Shown here piece by piece: positions 26,242 to 35,736 of a stretch of DNA of 64,000 nt (the first letter of the stretch is position 1; each line of letters begins with the position of its first letter). This stretch comes from Victivallaceae bacterium (GTDB taxonomy: Bacteria > Verrucomicrobiota > Lentisphaeria > Victivallales > Victivallaceae), in assembly GCA_016292515.1 (NCBI GenBank), contig JAEDIJ010000006.1, positions 295 through 64,294 of the forward strand. The letters run 5' to 3'. A program made the position numbers and the translations under genes. The notes under the pieces are model-generated. The model made no database searches, was not told the origin of the DNA, and saw nothing but the letters and a program-made list of their open reading frames with translations.

Positions 26242-27357
26242 TTATTCCACGCACAAATTGTCGTCGATCGCGGTGAAGTTCGTTACCGTGCCGTCCGTAC
26301 CGAGATAAAGCAAGTCTTCCTGCCGGACGCCGCCCCATTCGGGATAGTAGACACCCGGCTCCACGGTGATGACTTCGCCGCCTGCAAGTTTTTTCGCATT
26401 GCGGGAGGAAAGGCGCGGCGTTTCGTGGATGTCCAGCCCGACGCCGTGACCGAGGCTGTGAAAAAATCCGAAGTTTCCGGCGTCGTTGCACCCCGTGAAA
26501 AAACCGTGTTTTTCCAATATCGCATTGGCGGCGAGATGGATCTCCGAGGGGATCGCGCCGACGGCGAGGAGCGAGATCCCGCGTTTTTTCGCTTCGCATA
26601 CGGCGGAATGCGCTTTTTTGACGATATCGGGGGCTTTGCCTTTGACGAGGGTGCGGGTCATATCGCCCCAGTAACCCGTCGTCTGGCTTTTGGGGAAAAT
26701 ATCGAGGACGATCGGCGTGCGGGCGAAAAGTTGCCCCGAACCCGCATTGTGAGGCTGTGCGCTCTGCCTGCCTCCGGCGCAGATCGTGCCGGTCGGGAGC
26801 ATCCCGGCGCGGAGCATCGCCGCGTCGATCTCGGCGCGCAGGATCTCGCTCGTTAAAGCATTCCCCTGCCAGATCAGTTTGCCGTCGTCGGCGACGGAGG
26901 CTTCGCCGAGGACTTCGCGGCCGCGCAGAAATCCTTTGATCGCGCCGCGTTCGCTTTTTTCGATCATCGCCGCTTCGTCGGGCGTCTTGAATTCCCGTTG
27001 CGGAAAAAACGCCCCCTCTTTCACGGCGACGGAAATCCCCTCCTGCCGGAGTTTATCCGCCCAGAGGAGCGGAAAATTTCCGGGGACGAGAAAACCGTCG
27101 ATGCCGAAACGCGCCTTGATGTTTTGAAATACTTTCATCCGGTCGGGACCGCCGAGATCGCACTCCGCGAGGACGCGGCAGTTTTTGCCCGCGGAGGCTT
27201 TCGCCCGGTCGTATTCGAGTTCGGACATCACGGCGTAACTGACGCCGTCGACCTGAAACAAAATGAAGTCATCCGGAGTCGAAAATCCGGCGGCGTAGCG
27301 CATATCGGGGGAAGTTTCGCCCGATGCCAGCAAAAGAAGCGCGAGGTTTTTCATCAT
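26242..27357 (-). CDS. M24-family Xaa-Pro aminopeptidase / prolidase-like
   Basis: N-terminal creatinase-like domain plus a pita-bread catalytic domain with HSLGHGVGLDIHE and VITVEPGVY...GGVRQEDL metal ligands. Confidence 0.85.
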   Translation of the reverse strand: MMKNLALLLLASGETSPDMRYAAGFSTPDDFILFQVDGVSYAVMSELEYDRAKASAGKNCRVLAECDLGGPDRMKVFQNIKARFGIDGFLVPGNFPLLWADKLRQEGISVAVKEGAFFPQREFKTPDEAAMIEKSERGAIKGFLRGREVLGEASVADDGKLIWQGNALTSEILRAEIDAAMLRAGMLPTGTICAGGRQSAQPHNAGSGQLFARTPIVLDIFPKSQTTGYWGDMTRTLVKGKAPDIVKKAHSAVCEAKKRGISLLAVGAIPSEIHLAANAILEKHGFFTGCNDAGNFGFFHSLGHGVGLDIHETPRLSSRNAKKLAGGEVITVEPGVYYPEWGGVRQEDLLYLGTDGTVTNFTAIDDNLCVE

Positions 27358-27455
27358 TCAAGTTGCAGTTTGTTTCCGTGAAATGTATATTAAATAATGT
27401 AGCCTTTGCCTTGTGATGATACAAATGAAATCGGCAAAATTTTTCAGGATATGCG

Positions 27456-28004
27456 ATGAGAAAACAGTGGTTCGAGTGCGGTCCTTTTACCGTCTTTGAC
27501 TTGGAAACGACCGGAATGAGTCCCGTGACCGACCGGATCGTCGAGATCGGTGCCGTGCGGGTGGATTCCGACGGCTCCCGGCGGGAATTCAAGACGCTGG
27601 TCAATCCGCGCCGTCCGATCCCGCGTTGCGTCACGCAGATCCACCACATCGACGACGCGATGGTGGCGGACGCTCCTTGTTTTGCCGAGATCGGGCGGGA
27701 TTTTCTCGATTTCGCCGCGGGGTCGGTACTGGTCGGGCACAATGTCCGTTTCGACCTCAGTTTTTTGCAGGAAAGCCTGAATCGCGAAAATCTGCCGCTC
27801 TGGGGCGGCAAAACGATGGATACGATCAAACTGCTCCAAAAGACGCATCCCGGGCTGATCTCCTACCGCTTGCAGTATCTGCGCAACATTTTTCAGCTTG
27901 ACGACGTTTCGGAACTCGGCGCGCACCGCGCGGGCGCGGACGTCGAGTGGACGGTGCAACTGCTTGCCATCGCGGTGGAAAGATTGCTGAAAAATCAGGG
28001 GTGA
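27456..28004 (+). CDS. DEDDh 3'-5' exonuclease (DnaQ/epsilon-like)
   Basis: Exo I FDLETTG, Exo II VGHNVRFDLSFL, Exo III HRAGADVEW. Confidence 0.82.
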   Translation: MRKQWFECGPFTVFDLETTGMSPVTDRIVEIGAVRVDSDGSRREFKTLVNPRRPIPRCVTQIHHIDDAMVADAPCFAEIGRDFLDFAAGSVLVGHNVRFDLSFLQESLNRENLPLWGGKTMDTIKLLQKTHPGLISYRLQYLRNIFQLDDVSELGAHRAGADVEWTVQLLAIAVERLLKNQG

Positions 28005-28137
28005 TTGCCAAAGTTAACGATGTTTGCATCTTTTGCCGAAAAATGCAACGATCTGCCGGATAGTGGATTTTTTTTGCGGATTTTTATGATATAGTATATG
28101 TCAGCAGGAGAAAACCTCAAAAGGAGCGCGAAATCAA

Positions 28138-29433
28138 ATGAAAATCGCCTGTTTCAAGGAAAACATTTCACCGGAAATCGGAGCATACCTTGCCGGATAT
28201 AACACCATCGATCAGTCGGTGATGAAACTGGATGATCTCTACGCCGTCGGCTTGTGCATCGACGACGGGGAAAACCGGGTTTTGCTGGTGAGTTTCGACT
28301 TGCTCGGTCTGGACGGGTGGTTCGTCCGGGAAAACCGGAAAAAATGCGCCGACATCCTCGGCATTCCGGAATCCGCCGTGCTTTTCAGTTGCACGCACAC
28401 GCATTGCGGTCCTCATACGCGAAGCCTTGCTTCAAAGCCGGAAATGCTCGCTCGCGACTATATGAAAAAATTGAGCGACATCCTTTGCCGCGCCGTGAAA
28501 AATCTCGGAAATTTCCGCGAAGTCGTGCCTTATTTTCACTCCGTTTTGTGCGACGAAAATCAGAATCGCCGCTACACTTCGGGCGACAACCGCACGAGCT
28601 ATACGCCTTTTCGCCGCGAATTTGTGCCGATGCGCACGAATTTCGCCGACAAGGAACTCGGTTCGCTGATGTTTCTGGAACCGGGCTCCGACCGTCCGGT
28701 GTACGTCATCGCCAACTACGCCGCGCATCCGCTTGCCGGACACGTGCCGGGATTGGGGTCGCTCCGTATTTCCGCCGACTATCCCGGTGCGTTGCGCGAT
28801 TACGTTACCGCCAATACGGGGGCGGAATGTATGTTCATTTCCGGCGCGGCGGGCGATCTTGTCCCAAAGGAGGATGAATTCGGGGACGAGGCTTTCCGCT
28901 CGCTCGGCATCCGGCTCGGCAAGCAGGTCATCGGCGGCATCGTCGATGCGTCGCGCAGTCCCCACCGTTACGGTTTGGAAAACGCCAAAGTCGCTTCGAG
29001 TATTTCGACTTTCACCGCGCCGCTGCGCAAAAAATACCGCAACGATCCCGCGAGGCTTCCCGCCGAATACCTCGGGAGCGATGACGTCACGCTGGAAATC
29101 CAATGCGTCGCCGTCGGCGATGTCGTCTTTGTCGGCGTCCCGGGCGAAGTCTGCTGTGAATTGGGGCAGGAAATCAAGTGGCACAGCCCTTTCCGCCGTA
29201 CCTTTATCGCTTATAACTCGACCGCGTACTTTTCTTACATCGGCCCCGCCAATTTTCTGGTTTCCGGCGGCTACGAGGCATTCAGTCAGCGCATTTCCTC
29301 CCGCGGCGGTTTGAAAATGGTCAACACCGCCGTCGACGCCTTGTGCGATCTGCGTGAAAAACTTTATCCGTCGGACGATGAAGTTTATCCCGACAACTGC
29401 CGCGATACACTGGTCAACATCGAGCGGAATTAG
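28138..29433 (+). CDS. neutral/alkaline ceramidase-like hydrolase
   Basis: CTHTHCGPH resembles the neutral ceramidase N-terminal THTHSGP motif, and the length fits. Call is by pattern only. Confidence 0.5.
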   Translation: MKIACFKENISPEIGAYLAGYNTIDQSVMKLDDLYAVGLCIDDGENRVLLVSFDLLGLDGWFVRENRKKCADILGIPESAVLFSCTHTHCGPHTRSLASKPEMLARDYMKKLSDILCRAVKNLGNFREVVPYFHSVLCDENQNRRYTSGDNRTSYTPFRREFVPMRTNFADKELGSLMFLEPGSDRPVYVIANYAAHPLAGHVPGLGSLRISADYPGALRDYVTANTGAECMFISGAAGDLVPKEDEFGDEAFRSLGIRLGKQVIGGIVDASRSPHRYGLENAKVASSISTFTAPLRKKYRNDPARLPAEYLGSDDVTLEIQCVAVGDVVFVGVPGEVCCELGQEIKWHSPFRRTFIAYNSTAYFSYIGPANFLVSGGYEAFSQRISSRGGLKMVNTAVDALCDLREKLYPSDDEVYPDNCRDTLVNIERN

Positions 29434-29454
29434 CAAAAAAAGGGAAAAGGCGTT

Positions 29455-30303
29455 TTACGCCTGCGCGGCAAAGGATTTCAGCTGCGCGATCTCATCTGCC
29501 CATTTTTCGGGGAGGGGCGTTTCCAAAATCAGCGGAATTTCGTCGATGCGCGGATCCTGCGCGATGCGGCGAAACGTTTCCCAGCCGAGATTGCCTGCGC
29601 CCAAAGGTTCGTGGCGGTCGAGTTTGCCGCCCTTTTCACAGCGCGCATCGTTGAGATGCATCCCTTTCAAGTATTTGAAACCGATGAGCCGGTCGAATTC
29701 CGCCATCGTTTCGGCATAGGCTTCATCCGTTGTCAAGTCGTACCCCGCGGCGTGGGCGTGGCAGGTGTCGATGCAGACGCCGACGCGGTCGTCCCGATCG
29801 GTTTTTTCGAGCATTTCGGCAAGTTGTTCAAAGGTGAAGCCAAGGTTGCTGCCTTGCCCCGCCGTGTTTTCAAAAACGGCGGTCACACCGGGGACGGCGT
29901 CGAGCGATTGCCGGACGCTTCGGGCGATGCGGTCGATGCACTCGGAATCGCTGATGACTTTCAGCGAACTGCCCGGGTGAAAATTGAGCGTCGTCAGTCC
30001 CAGTTGACGGCAACGCTCCAATTCTCCGGAGAAAGCCTTGACCGCGTTGTCGCGTTTCGCGTCGTCGGGCTGGCCCAGGTTGATGAGATAACTGTCGTGC
30101 GGCAGGATCTGTTTCGCCTGATAGCCGTTGGCTTCGCAATTTTTTTTGAAAGACTCGATGTCTTTTGGCGTCAGGGCAGGGGCGACCCACTGCCGCTGAT
30201 TTTTGGTGAAAAGCGCAAAGGCAGTCGCGCCGATCGCGCGGGCATTGACGGGCGCGTTGAAAAGTCCCCCTTGCGTGCTGACGTGGGCGCCGAAGTATTT
30301 CAT
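29455..30303 (-). CDS. nfo: endonuclease IV
   Basis: MKYFGAHVSTQGG and the later HxxYLINL, FHPGS, CIDTCHAHAAGYD and HLND motifs. Confidence 0.93.
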   Translation of the reverse strand: MKYFGAHVSTQGGLFNAPVNARAIGATAFALFTKNQRQWVAPALTPKDIESFKKNCEANGYQAKQILPHDSYLINLGQPDDAKRDNAVKAFSGELERCRQLGLTTLNFHPGSSLKVISDSECIDRIARSVRQSLDAVPGVTAVFENTAGQGSNLGFTFEQLAEMLEKTDRDDRVGVCIDTCHAHAAGYDLTTDEAYAETMAEFDRLIGFKYLKGMHLNDARCEKGGKLDRHEPLGAGNLGWETFRRIAQDPRIDEIPLILETPLPEKWADEIAQLKSFAAQA

Positions 30304-30309
30304 GAGAAG

Positions 30310-30669
30310 TTACTTTTTGAAAATGAAGTAGACGGCACCGACCATGCAAATTCCCGCCCACAGGAAATTCCAGCGCAGTTTATCCCCCATAAAGTAGACG
30401 GAAAAGGGGACGAAAACGGCGAGCGTGATCACTTCCTGCATGATTTTAAGTTGCGCCAATGAAAGATTTCCGGCGTGGCCGATGCGATTGGCGGGCACTT
30501 GCGCGCAGTATTCAAAAAAAGCGATCGCCCAACTGGTGAGGATCACGATGATAAGCGGCTTGCTGCCGAGCGTCCGCAGGTGCCCGTACCAGGCGAAAGT
30601 CATAAAGCAGTTGGAAACAAGCAGCAACCCGACGGTTTTCCACAGCGCGGGATTGGTGAAGAATTCCAT
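30310..30669 (-). CDS. DMT-superfamily small membrane protein (DUF486-like)
   Basis: 119 aa from ATG 30669. SNCFMTFAWYGHLR is characteristic of DUF486. 4 TM. Confidence 0.7.
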   Translation of the reverse strand: MEFFTNPALWKTVGLLLVSNCFMTFAWYGHLRTLGSKPLIIVILTSWAIAFFEYCAQVPANRIGHAGNLSLAQLKIMQEVITLAVFVPFSVYFMGDKLRWNFLWAGICMVGAVYFIFKK

Positions 30670-30670
30670 T

Positions 30671-31171
30671 TTACAGCAATTCCTTGCGCAAACGCTGCAA
30701 TTCCGTCGTCGCAATGGCGGTGATTTCCAGAAGTTGCTTTTCGGCATCTTCCTCCGGAAGCGCGGTGAAGTAGCCCATCAACTGATTTTCCTCCGCCGTC
30801 AGACTCTTGTATTCCGTTGCCGGAGCATTCTGCGACGCGGCGGCGAGCCGGTCGAGGACTTGCTTGCGCAACGCATCCGAAAGCATCGAAAATTCGTCGA
30901 GCAGCACTTTTTGATTGCTGGTCATCGCGACGAGTTCGTTGTGGCGGCGGTAAGCGGGACCGAGCCGCGGCGGCGGCTCATTGGCGGTTTCCGCTTCGGC
31001 ACCGGAAAGAAAAGGCTTCAATGTCGTGTAGATCTTGTCCCAGGTTTCCGCTTTTGCGTCGCGGGCGGAGCGGTTGATGAAGCGGCGCAACATCTCAATG
31101 CGCACGTTGGTGACCCGGGAAAAATGATCGTCCGCCGATTTTTTGATAGATTCGTTTTTTTCCTTGTCCAT
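30671..31171 (-). CDS. hypothetical protein
   Basis: 166 aa, helical and charged, with no recognisable motif. Tightly packed in the operon: 8 nt after the upstream stop and 1 nt before the next start. Confidence 0.55.
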   Translation of the reverse strand: MDKEKNESIKKSADDHFSRVTNVRIEMLRRFINRSARDAKAETWDKIYTTLKPFLSGAEAETANEPPPRLGPAYRRHNELVAMTSNQKVLLDEFSMLSDALRKQVLDRLAAASQNAPATEYKSLTAEENQLMGYFTALPEEDAEKQLLEITAIATTELQRLRKELL

Positions 31172-31179
31172 AGTGATCG

Positions 31180-32748
31180 TTACTCCAATTTTAGAAGTTG
31201 ATCGATGAGTTCGGCGCGCCGCATCAATTCGACGAAACGCCTTTCTTCATAACGGTTTACGGTGTGCAAAACACTTGCCGCCTTGCGGAGGAAAGTGATG
31301 TTTTCCTGCTCCAATGTGGCAACGGAGCCGTCGCTGTAAAGCACGTTGAAAGAATCCGTGTGATTGGCGGGGAAATCAATGACCAAGGGCATCGTGTCGT
31401 CGGCAAAATCCCCCCAGTCGCCGAAGTAGATGTAACTCTTTTTTTCCGGCGCGGCGACCGCATTTTCCTTTGCTTTCCTGCCGTCGGGGCAGATCAGCGA
31501 CGCCGCGAGGTCGGGAGCGTCTTTGAGCAATGTTTCCCAATTTTGCATTTCCGCGGGGAAACTGCCGTTTTTCCGGTGGTATTGATTGAGCGCGGCATAG
31601 ATGTTCTGCAAATTTTTCTGACAGACGTCGTGTTGATTTTCGGCATCTTCGGAAACGACTTCCGCTTCATTGCCGCAAAGAGCCAATACGCGGAAAACGA
31701 GGTTGAATCCCAACATCAGATTTTCGCAGGGGATCGTCATATCCGAAACCGCTTGCAGGGAAACGCCGTTGCTTTCTCTGCGGATGACGCCGAGTTGGTT
31801 GCTTTCCGTCGCGGAAAGATTGACCGGGATTCCGAAAACTTCGGCGATCTCCGGTTCTTTTGAAACCGTGCTGAAATAAGCGGCGATACCGTCGGACGGC
31901 AGATTTTCGGCGGCGGTTTTGAAAAAGTCGCTTTCTCCGATCGTGGAAAATCCGTCGTCGAACCCCTCGAAGTTTTTGTTGATGACCAACCAACCGCTCT
32001 CGTTGTGGACGATCGTGATGTCGTCTTTGGTCAACGTGCCGTTTTCATTGAATTCGTAGTCGTCGCTCAAAAAGCCCTGCAAAAAGGCAAAGGCCTTCTT
32101 TTGCCTGTCGGGAATGATGCAGAGGAAACGGTTCCCCGGGAAAACGAGGATCCGCCAGCGCCCGCTGATGGAAGTTCCGATATCCTGCGCGCCGATTTCC
32201 GAGTCTTTCAGCAATGCGGTGATCTGCGGCGTGAGGAATTTTTCCAATTGCTTTTGAAACGCTTCCTGCGTGAAATCAAAATCGGCGACGATCGCGGCGG
32301 AAGTTTCCGCCGGCATCTCGCCGATGACATCCAAAATGGAAGTATTCTCCTGCGGTGCGACGCTCCACAGCATCCCGCAGGAAGGCTGTTTCAAGAGGTA
32401 AAACGATTTGTTGCGGAAAAGTCCGCCGCCGATGGCTTTGGAACTTTTGCCCGTCGCGACGATCTCCTTGACGCCGGAAAATTCCAAAAGCGACTCGGTA
32501 AATCCGAATCCGAATCCGAGCAGGGCGCGTTGTTCTTCCGGCAGATCGAGCGTGGCGACGCCGGATTTGAGCTCGTGAAAACAATCGGTGAGTTTCCGGT
32601 TGATTTCCGCCGTGCGGCTGACTTCGAAGTAGTCTCCGCCCTGATCCAGATGACGGCTGACTTCCCCGAAATCATCGGCGATCGCGGCGGCGGCACAAGC
32701 GCAAGCCGCAAAGATGCCGGCAAAAATTTTTCCTGCGCGGCGGAACAT
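31180..32748 (-). CDS. secreted protein with a C-terminal DUF1559/H-X9-DG-like domain
   Basis: Signal peptide MFRRAGKIFAGIFAACACAAAAIA. C-terminal CQKNLQNIYAALNQYHRKNGSFPA and ANHTDSFNVLYSDGSV, the latter an exact H-X9-DG spacing. No prepilin N-terminal motif. Confidence 0.8.
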   Translation of the reverse strand: MFRRAGKIFAGIFAACACAAAAIADDFGEVSRHLDQGGDYFEVSRTAEINRKLTDCFHELKSGVATLDLPEEQRALLGFGFGFTESLLEFSGVKEIVATGKSSKAIGGGLFRNKSFYLLKQPSCGMLWSVAPQENTSILDVIGEMPAETSAAIVADFDFTQEAFQKQLEKFLTPQITALLKDSEIGAQDIGTSISGRWRILVFPGNRFLCIIPDRQKKAFAFLQGFLSDDYEFNENGTLTKDDITIVHNESGWLVINKNFEGFDDGFSTIGESDFFKTAAENLPSDGIAAYFSTVSKEPEIAEVFGIPVNLSATESNQLGVIRRESNGVSLQAVSDMTIPCENLMLGFNLVFRVLALCGNEAEVVSEDAENQHDVCQKNLQNIYAALNQYHRKNGSFPAEMQNWETLLKDAPDLAASLICPDGRKAKENAVAAPEKKSYIYFGDWGDFADDTMPLVIDFPANHTDSFNVLYSDGSVATLEQENITFLRKAASVLHTVNRYEERRFVELMRRAELIDQLLKLE

Positions 32749-32751
32749 TTT

Positions 32752-33756
32752 TCAGAGCAACTCCGCGATTTGGACGGCGTTGAGCGCCGCGCCTTTCAGC
32801 AACTGGTCGCCGGAAACGAAAAGATCCAGCCCGCGTTTGTCGCGCCGCGAAATATCCTGACGGATGCGGCCGACGAGGACGTCGTATTTTTCGGTCGCGT
32901 CGACCGGCATCGGGTAGAGGTTGTTTGCGGGATCGTCGCAGAGCGTCACGCCGGGCGCCTTGGCGAGGATCGCGCGCGCTTCTTCCGGCGTGATCTCGTC
33001 GGAAAATTCAAGGTTCAACGCCTCGGAGTGGGCGCGGAGCGCGGGGATGCGGACGCTGGTGCAACTCAACAGCAATTCGGGCAGATGGAGCATCTTGCGC
33101 GACTCGTTGAGCATTTTCAACTCTTCCTTGGTGTAGCCGTTGTCGGTAAACGAGTCGATGTGCGGGATCAGACTGAATGCGATCCGGTGGGCGAAAGCCT
33201 TGGGGGAAATCGGTTCGTTGTTGAGCACCTGACGGGTCTGGTCGATCAATTCCTGCATGCCTTTTGCACCGGCGCCGGACGCCGCCTGATAGGTGGAAAC
33301 GACCGCGCGTTTCAGCCCTTTCGCACGGTGCAGCGGCGCGACTGCGACCAGCATGATCGCCGTCGTGCAGTTGGGGTTGGCGATGACGCCGTGGTGAAGT
33401 TTGACGTCTTCGGGGTTAACTTCGGGGACGATCAGCGGCACGTCCGCATCCATGCGGAACGCGCTCGAATTGTCGATCATCACCGCGCCGGAGGAGACCA
33501 CCGCCTGCCGGTAGGCGCGGGAAATGTCGCCACCCGCGCTGAAAAGCGCGATGTCAACGCCCTTGAAGGAATTTTCCGTCATTTCCTCGATCACCACGTC
33601 TTCGCCGTGGAATTTCACCGTCTTGCCTGCGGAACGCGCCGAGGCGAGCAACTTCAATTTGCCGACGGGGAAATTGCGTTTTTCCAAGGTCTTGACCATT
33701 TCGACGCCGACGGCACCGGTCGCTCCGGCGACCGCGACACAAAAACTTTTGCTCAT
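32752..33756 (-). CDS. asd: aspartate-semialdehyde dehydrogenase
   Basis: VAVAGATGAVG Rossmann motif, NPNCTT active-site Cys and QAASGAG. ATG 33756 has an AAGGAAG RBS. Confidence 0.93.
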   Translation of the reverse strand: MSKSFCVAVAGATGAVGVEMVKTLEKRNFPVGKLKLLASARSAGKTVKFHGEDVVIEEMTENSFKGVDIALFSAGGDISRAYRQAVVSSGAVMIDNSSAFRMDADVPLIVPEVNPEDVKLHHGVIANPNCTTAIMLVAVAPLHRAKGLKRAVVSTYQAASGAGAKGMQELIDQTRQVLNNEPISPKAFAHRIAFSLIPHIDSFTDNGYTKEELKMLNESRKMLHLPELLLSCTSVRIPALRAHSEALNLEFSDEITPEEARAILAKAPGVTLCDDPANNLYPMPVDATEKYDVLVGRIRQDISRRDKRGLDLFVSGDQLLKGAALNAVQIAELL

Positions 33757-33867
33757 CGTATTTTCTTCCTTATATTTAGTAAAGATACCCATTCTCGACA
33801 AGTATAGGAAATAATATACCGTTTTTTCTTGAAAAATTCAACCTGCCGGATTATATTTTCTTTCATT

Positions 33868-35736
33868 ATGGACTATTTGAACTTCGATTTGACAACTCTC
33901 GACGCCGCGGAACTTGCCGCATTGCTGGAATATCACAACCGCGCGTATTGGGAAAAAGGCGCGCCGGAGATCCCCGACGCCCGCTACGACGAGATCGTTG
34001 AAGCACTCCGCAAAGCCGATCCCGGCAACCCGTTGCTGGAAAAAATTTATGCTCCGAGCGTCGCTTCCGGCGGCAAAGTCCGCCACGCCGAGCCGATGCT
34101 TTCGCTCGACAAGGCGTACTCGCTCGACGCCGTACTTGCCTGGGCGCGTAAATTCGCCCGGAGCGAGGATGAGGAAATGCTCGTTCAGCCCAAATACGAC
34201 GGCATTTCCGCGAAATACGACGGCAAGGTGCTCGTGACGCGCGGCGACGGCGTTTTCGGCGAAGACATTACCGATAAACTGCCGCTGATCGAATTGGAAG
34301 CCCCCGGCTACGTCGGCAAACTCGACCGCCCCGCGCGCGGCGAATTGGTCATCCGCGACGATGATTTCGCCACGCTTTACCGGCATATCCGCAAAAAAGA
34401 CGGTCAACTCTATAAAAACAGCCGCAACGCGGTCGCCGGCATTATGGGGCTGAAAGAGATCGCCGATATGCTCCTGCAAAAGGCGAAAATTTCTTTGATC
34501 GACTACACGCTGATCTCGCACCGTGTCCGGCTTTCGGAACTGCCGTCGCGCTGGGAGGCGTTGAAACTCGCTCTCGCGCAACTGCCTTATCCGCAGGACG
34601 GCATCGTCATCAAGTTCGCCGACGCCGCCTTTGCCGCGAGCCTCGGCAGGACGGTGCATCATCCGCGCGGCGAGATCGCCTATAAATTCACCAATATCCG
34701 CCGCGAAACCGTTTTGCGCGACGTCGAGTGGAGTTTCGGCAAAAACTGCCTGACTCCGGTCGCCTGCCTCGACCCCGTCGAAATTTCCGGCACGACGATC
34801 CGGCGCGCGACGTTGCACAACGTGCAGAATATCCTCGACCTCGGCGTGATGATCGGCGACACTGTCGTCGTCGAGCGGGCAGGGGATGTCATTCCCTACA
34901 TCGTCGAATCGCGTCCCGGCGTCGACCGGCGCACCGCGCTGATCGAATTCTGTCCCTCGTGCCATACCTCGCTTGTCCGGCGGGGGCCTGAACTTTGCTG
35001 CCCAAATGCGGAATGTACCGAGACCCGGCTCCAACGGCTTCTCGGCGCGGTGCGCAACCTCGGCATTGAGCGGCTCGGGGAACCCACTTTGCGCAAAATG
35101 ATGGCGAAATTCGACATCCGCCACATCGGCGATCTCTTTGAAATTTCCGCCAAGGATTTGTTGCAGATCGAGGGCTTCGCCGAAAAATCGGCATCGTCGA
35201 TGGTTTCCGAGATCCAGAAAGCGCGCCGCATCGAGGATTACCGGCTTCTCGCCGCGCTCAACATTCCCAATATCGGCCCCAATATCGCCAAACTTCTGCT
35301 GGCGAAATACCCCTTTGCCGAGTTGCGCAAGGCGACGGCGGAGGAACTCGCCGCGATCGACGGCATCGGGCCGGAGCGCGCCAATGCCGTCGTTACGGAA
35401 CTTGCCGCGCAAAGCGATTTTCTCGATGAATTGCTGACCGCGGTCACGGTCGTTGCATCAACGGCGGTCGGCGACGCGCCGACGATCTGCTTTACGGGCA
35501 AAATGCCGGAAAAGCGTTCCTATTACGAAAAACTTGCCGAAAAAATCGGGTATCGCAGTGTCGATGACGCCACCTCGACGCTCAGTTTGCTCGTCGCCGA
35601 CGATCCTGCCGGAAACAGCACGAAACTGCGCAACGCCCGCAAGTACGGTACAAGGATCATTTCCCTTGCGGATTTCCTCGCCGAAGTCGGAGTCAAGGCA
35701 ACAGCCGATGCCCCCGTGCAGGATGAACTTTTTTGA
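33868..35736 (+). CDS. ligA: NAD-dependent DNA ligase
   Basis: Domain Ia YHNRAYWEKGAPEIPDARYDEI, adenylation Lys in PKYDG, Zn finger CPSC...CPNAEC, HhH repeats and a C-terminal BRCT. Start at ATG 33868. Confidence 0.92.
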   Translation: MDYLNFDLTTLDAAELAALLEYHNRAYWEKGAPEIPDARYDEIVEALRKADPGNPLLEKIYAPSVASGGKVRHAEPMLSLDKAYSLDAVLAWARKFARSEDEEMLVQPKYDGISAKYDGKVLVTRGDGVFGEDITDKLPLIELEAPGYVGKLDRPARGELVIRDDDFATLYRHIRKKDGQLYKNSRNAVAGIMGLKEIADMLLQKAKISLIDYTLISHRVRLSELPSRWEALKLALAQLPYPQDGIVIKFADAAFAASLGRTVHHPRGEIAYKFTNIRRETVLRDVEWSFGKNCLTPVACLDPVEISGTTIRRATLHNVQNILDLGVMIGDTVVVERAGDVIPYIVESRPGVDRRTALIEFCPSCHTSLVRRGPELCCPNAECTETRLQRLLGAVRNLGIERLGEPTLRKMMAKFDIRHIGDLFEISAKDLLQIEGFAEKSASSMVSEIQKARRIEDYRLLAALNIPNIGPNIAKLLLAKYPFAELRKATAEELAAIDGIGPERANAVVTELAAQSDFLDELLTAVTVVASTAVGDAPTICFTGKMPEKRSYYEKLAEKIGYRSVDDATSTLSLLVADDPAGNSTKLRNARKYGTRIISLADFLAEVGVKATADAPVQDELF

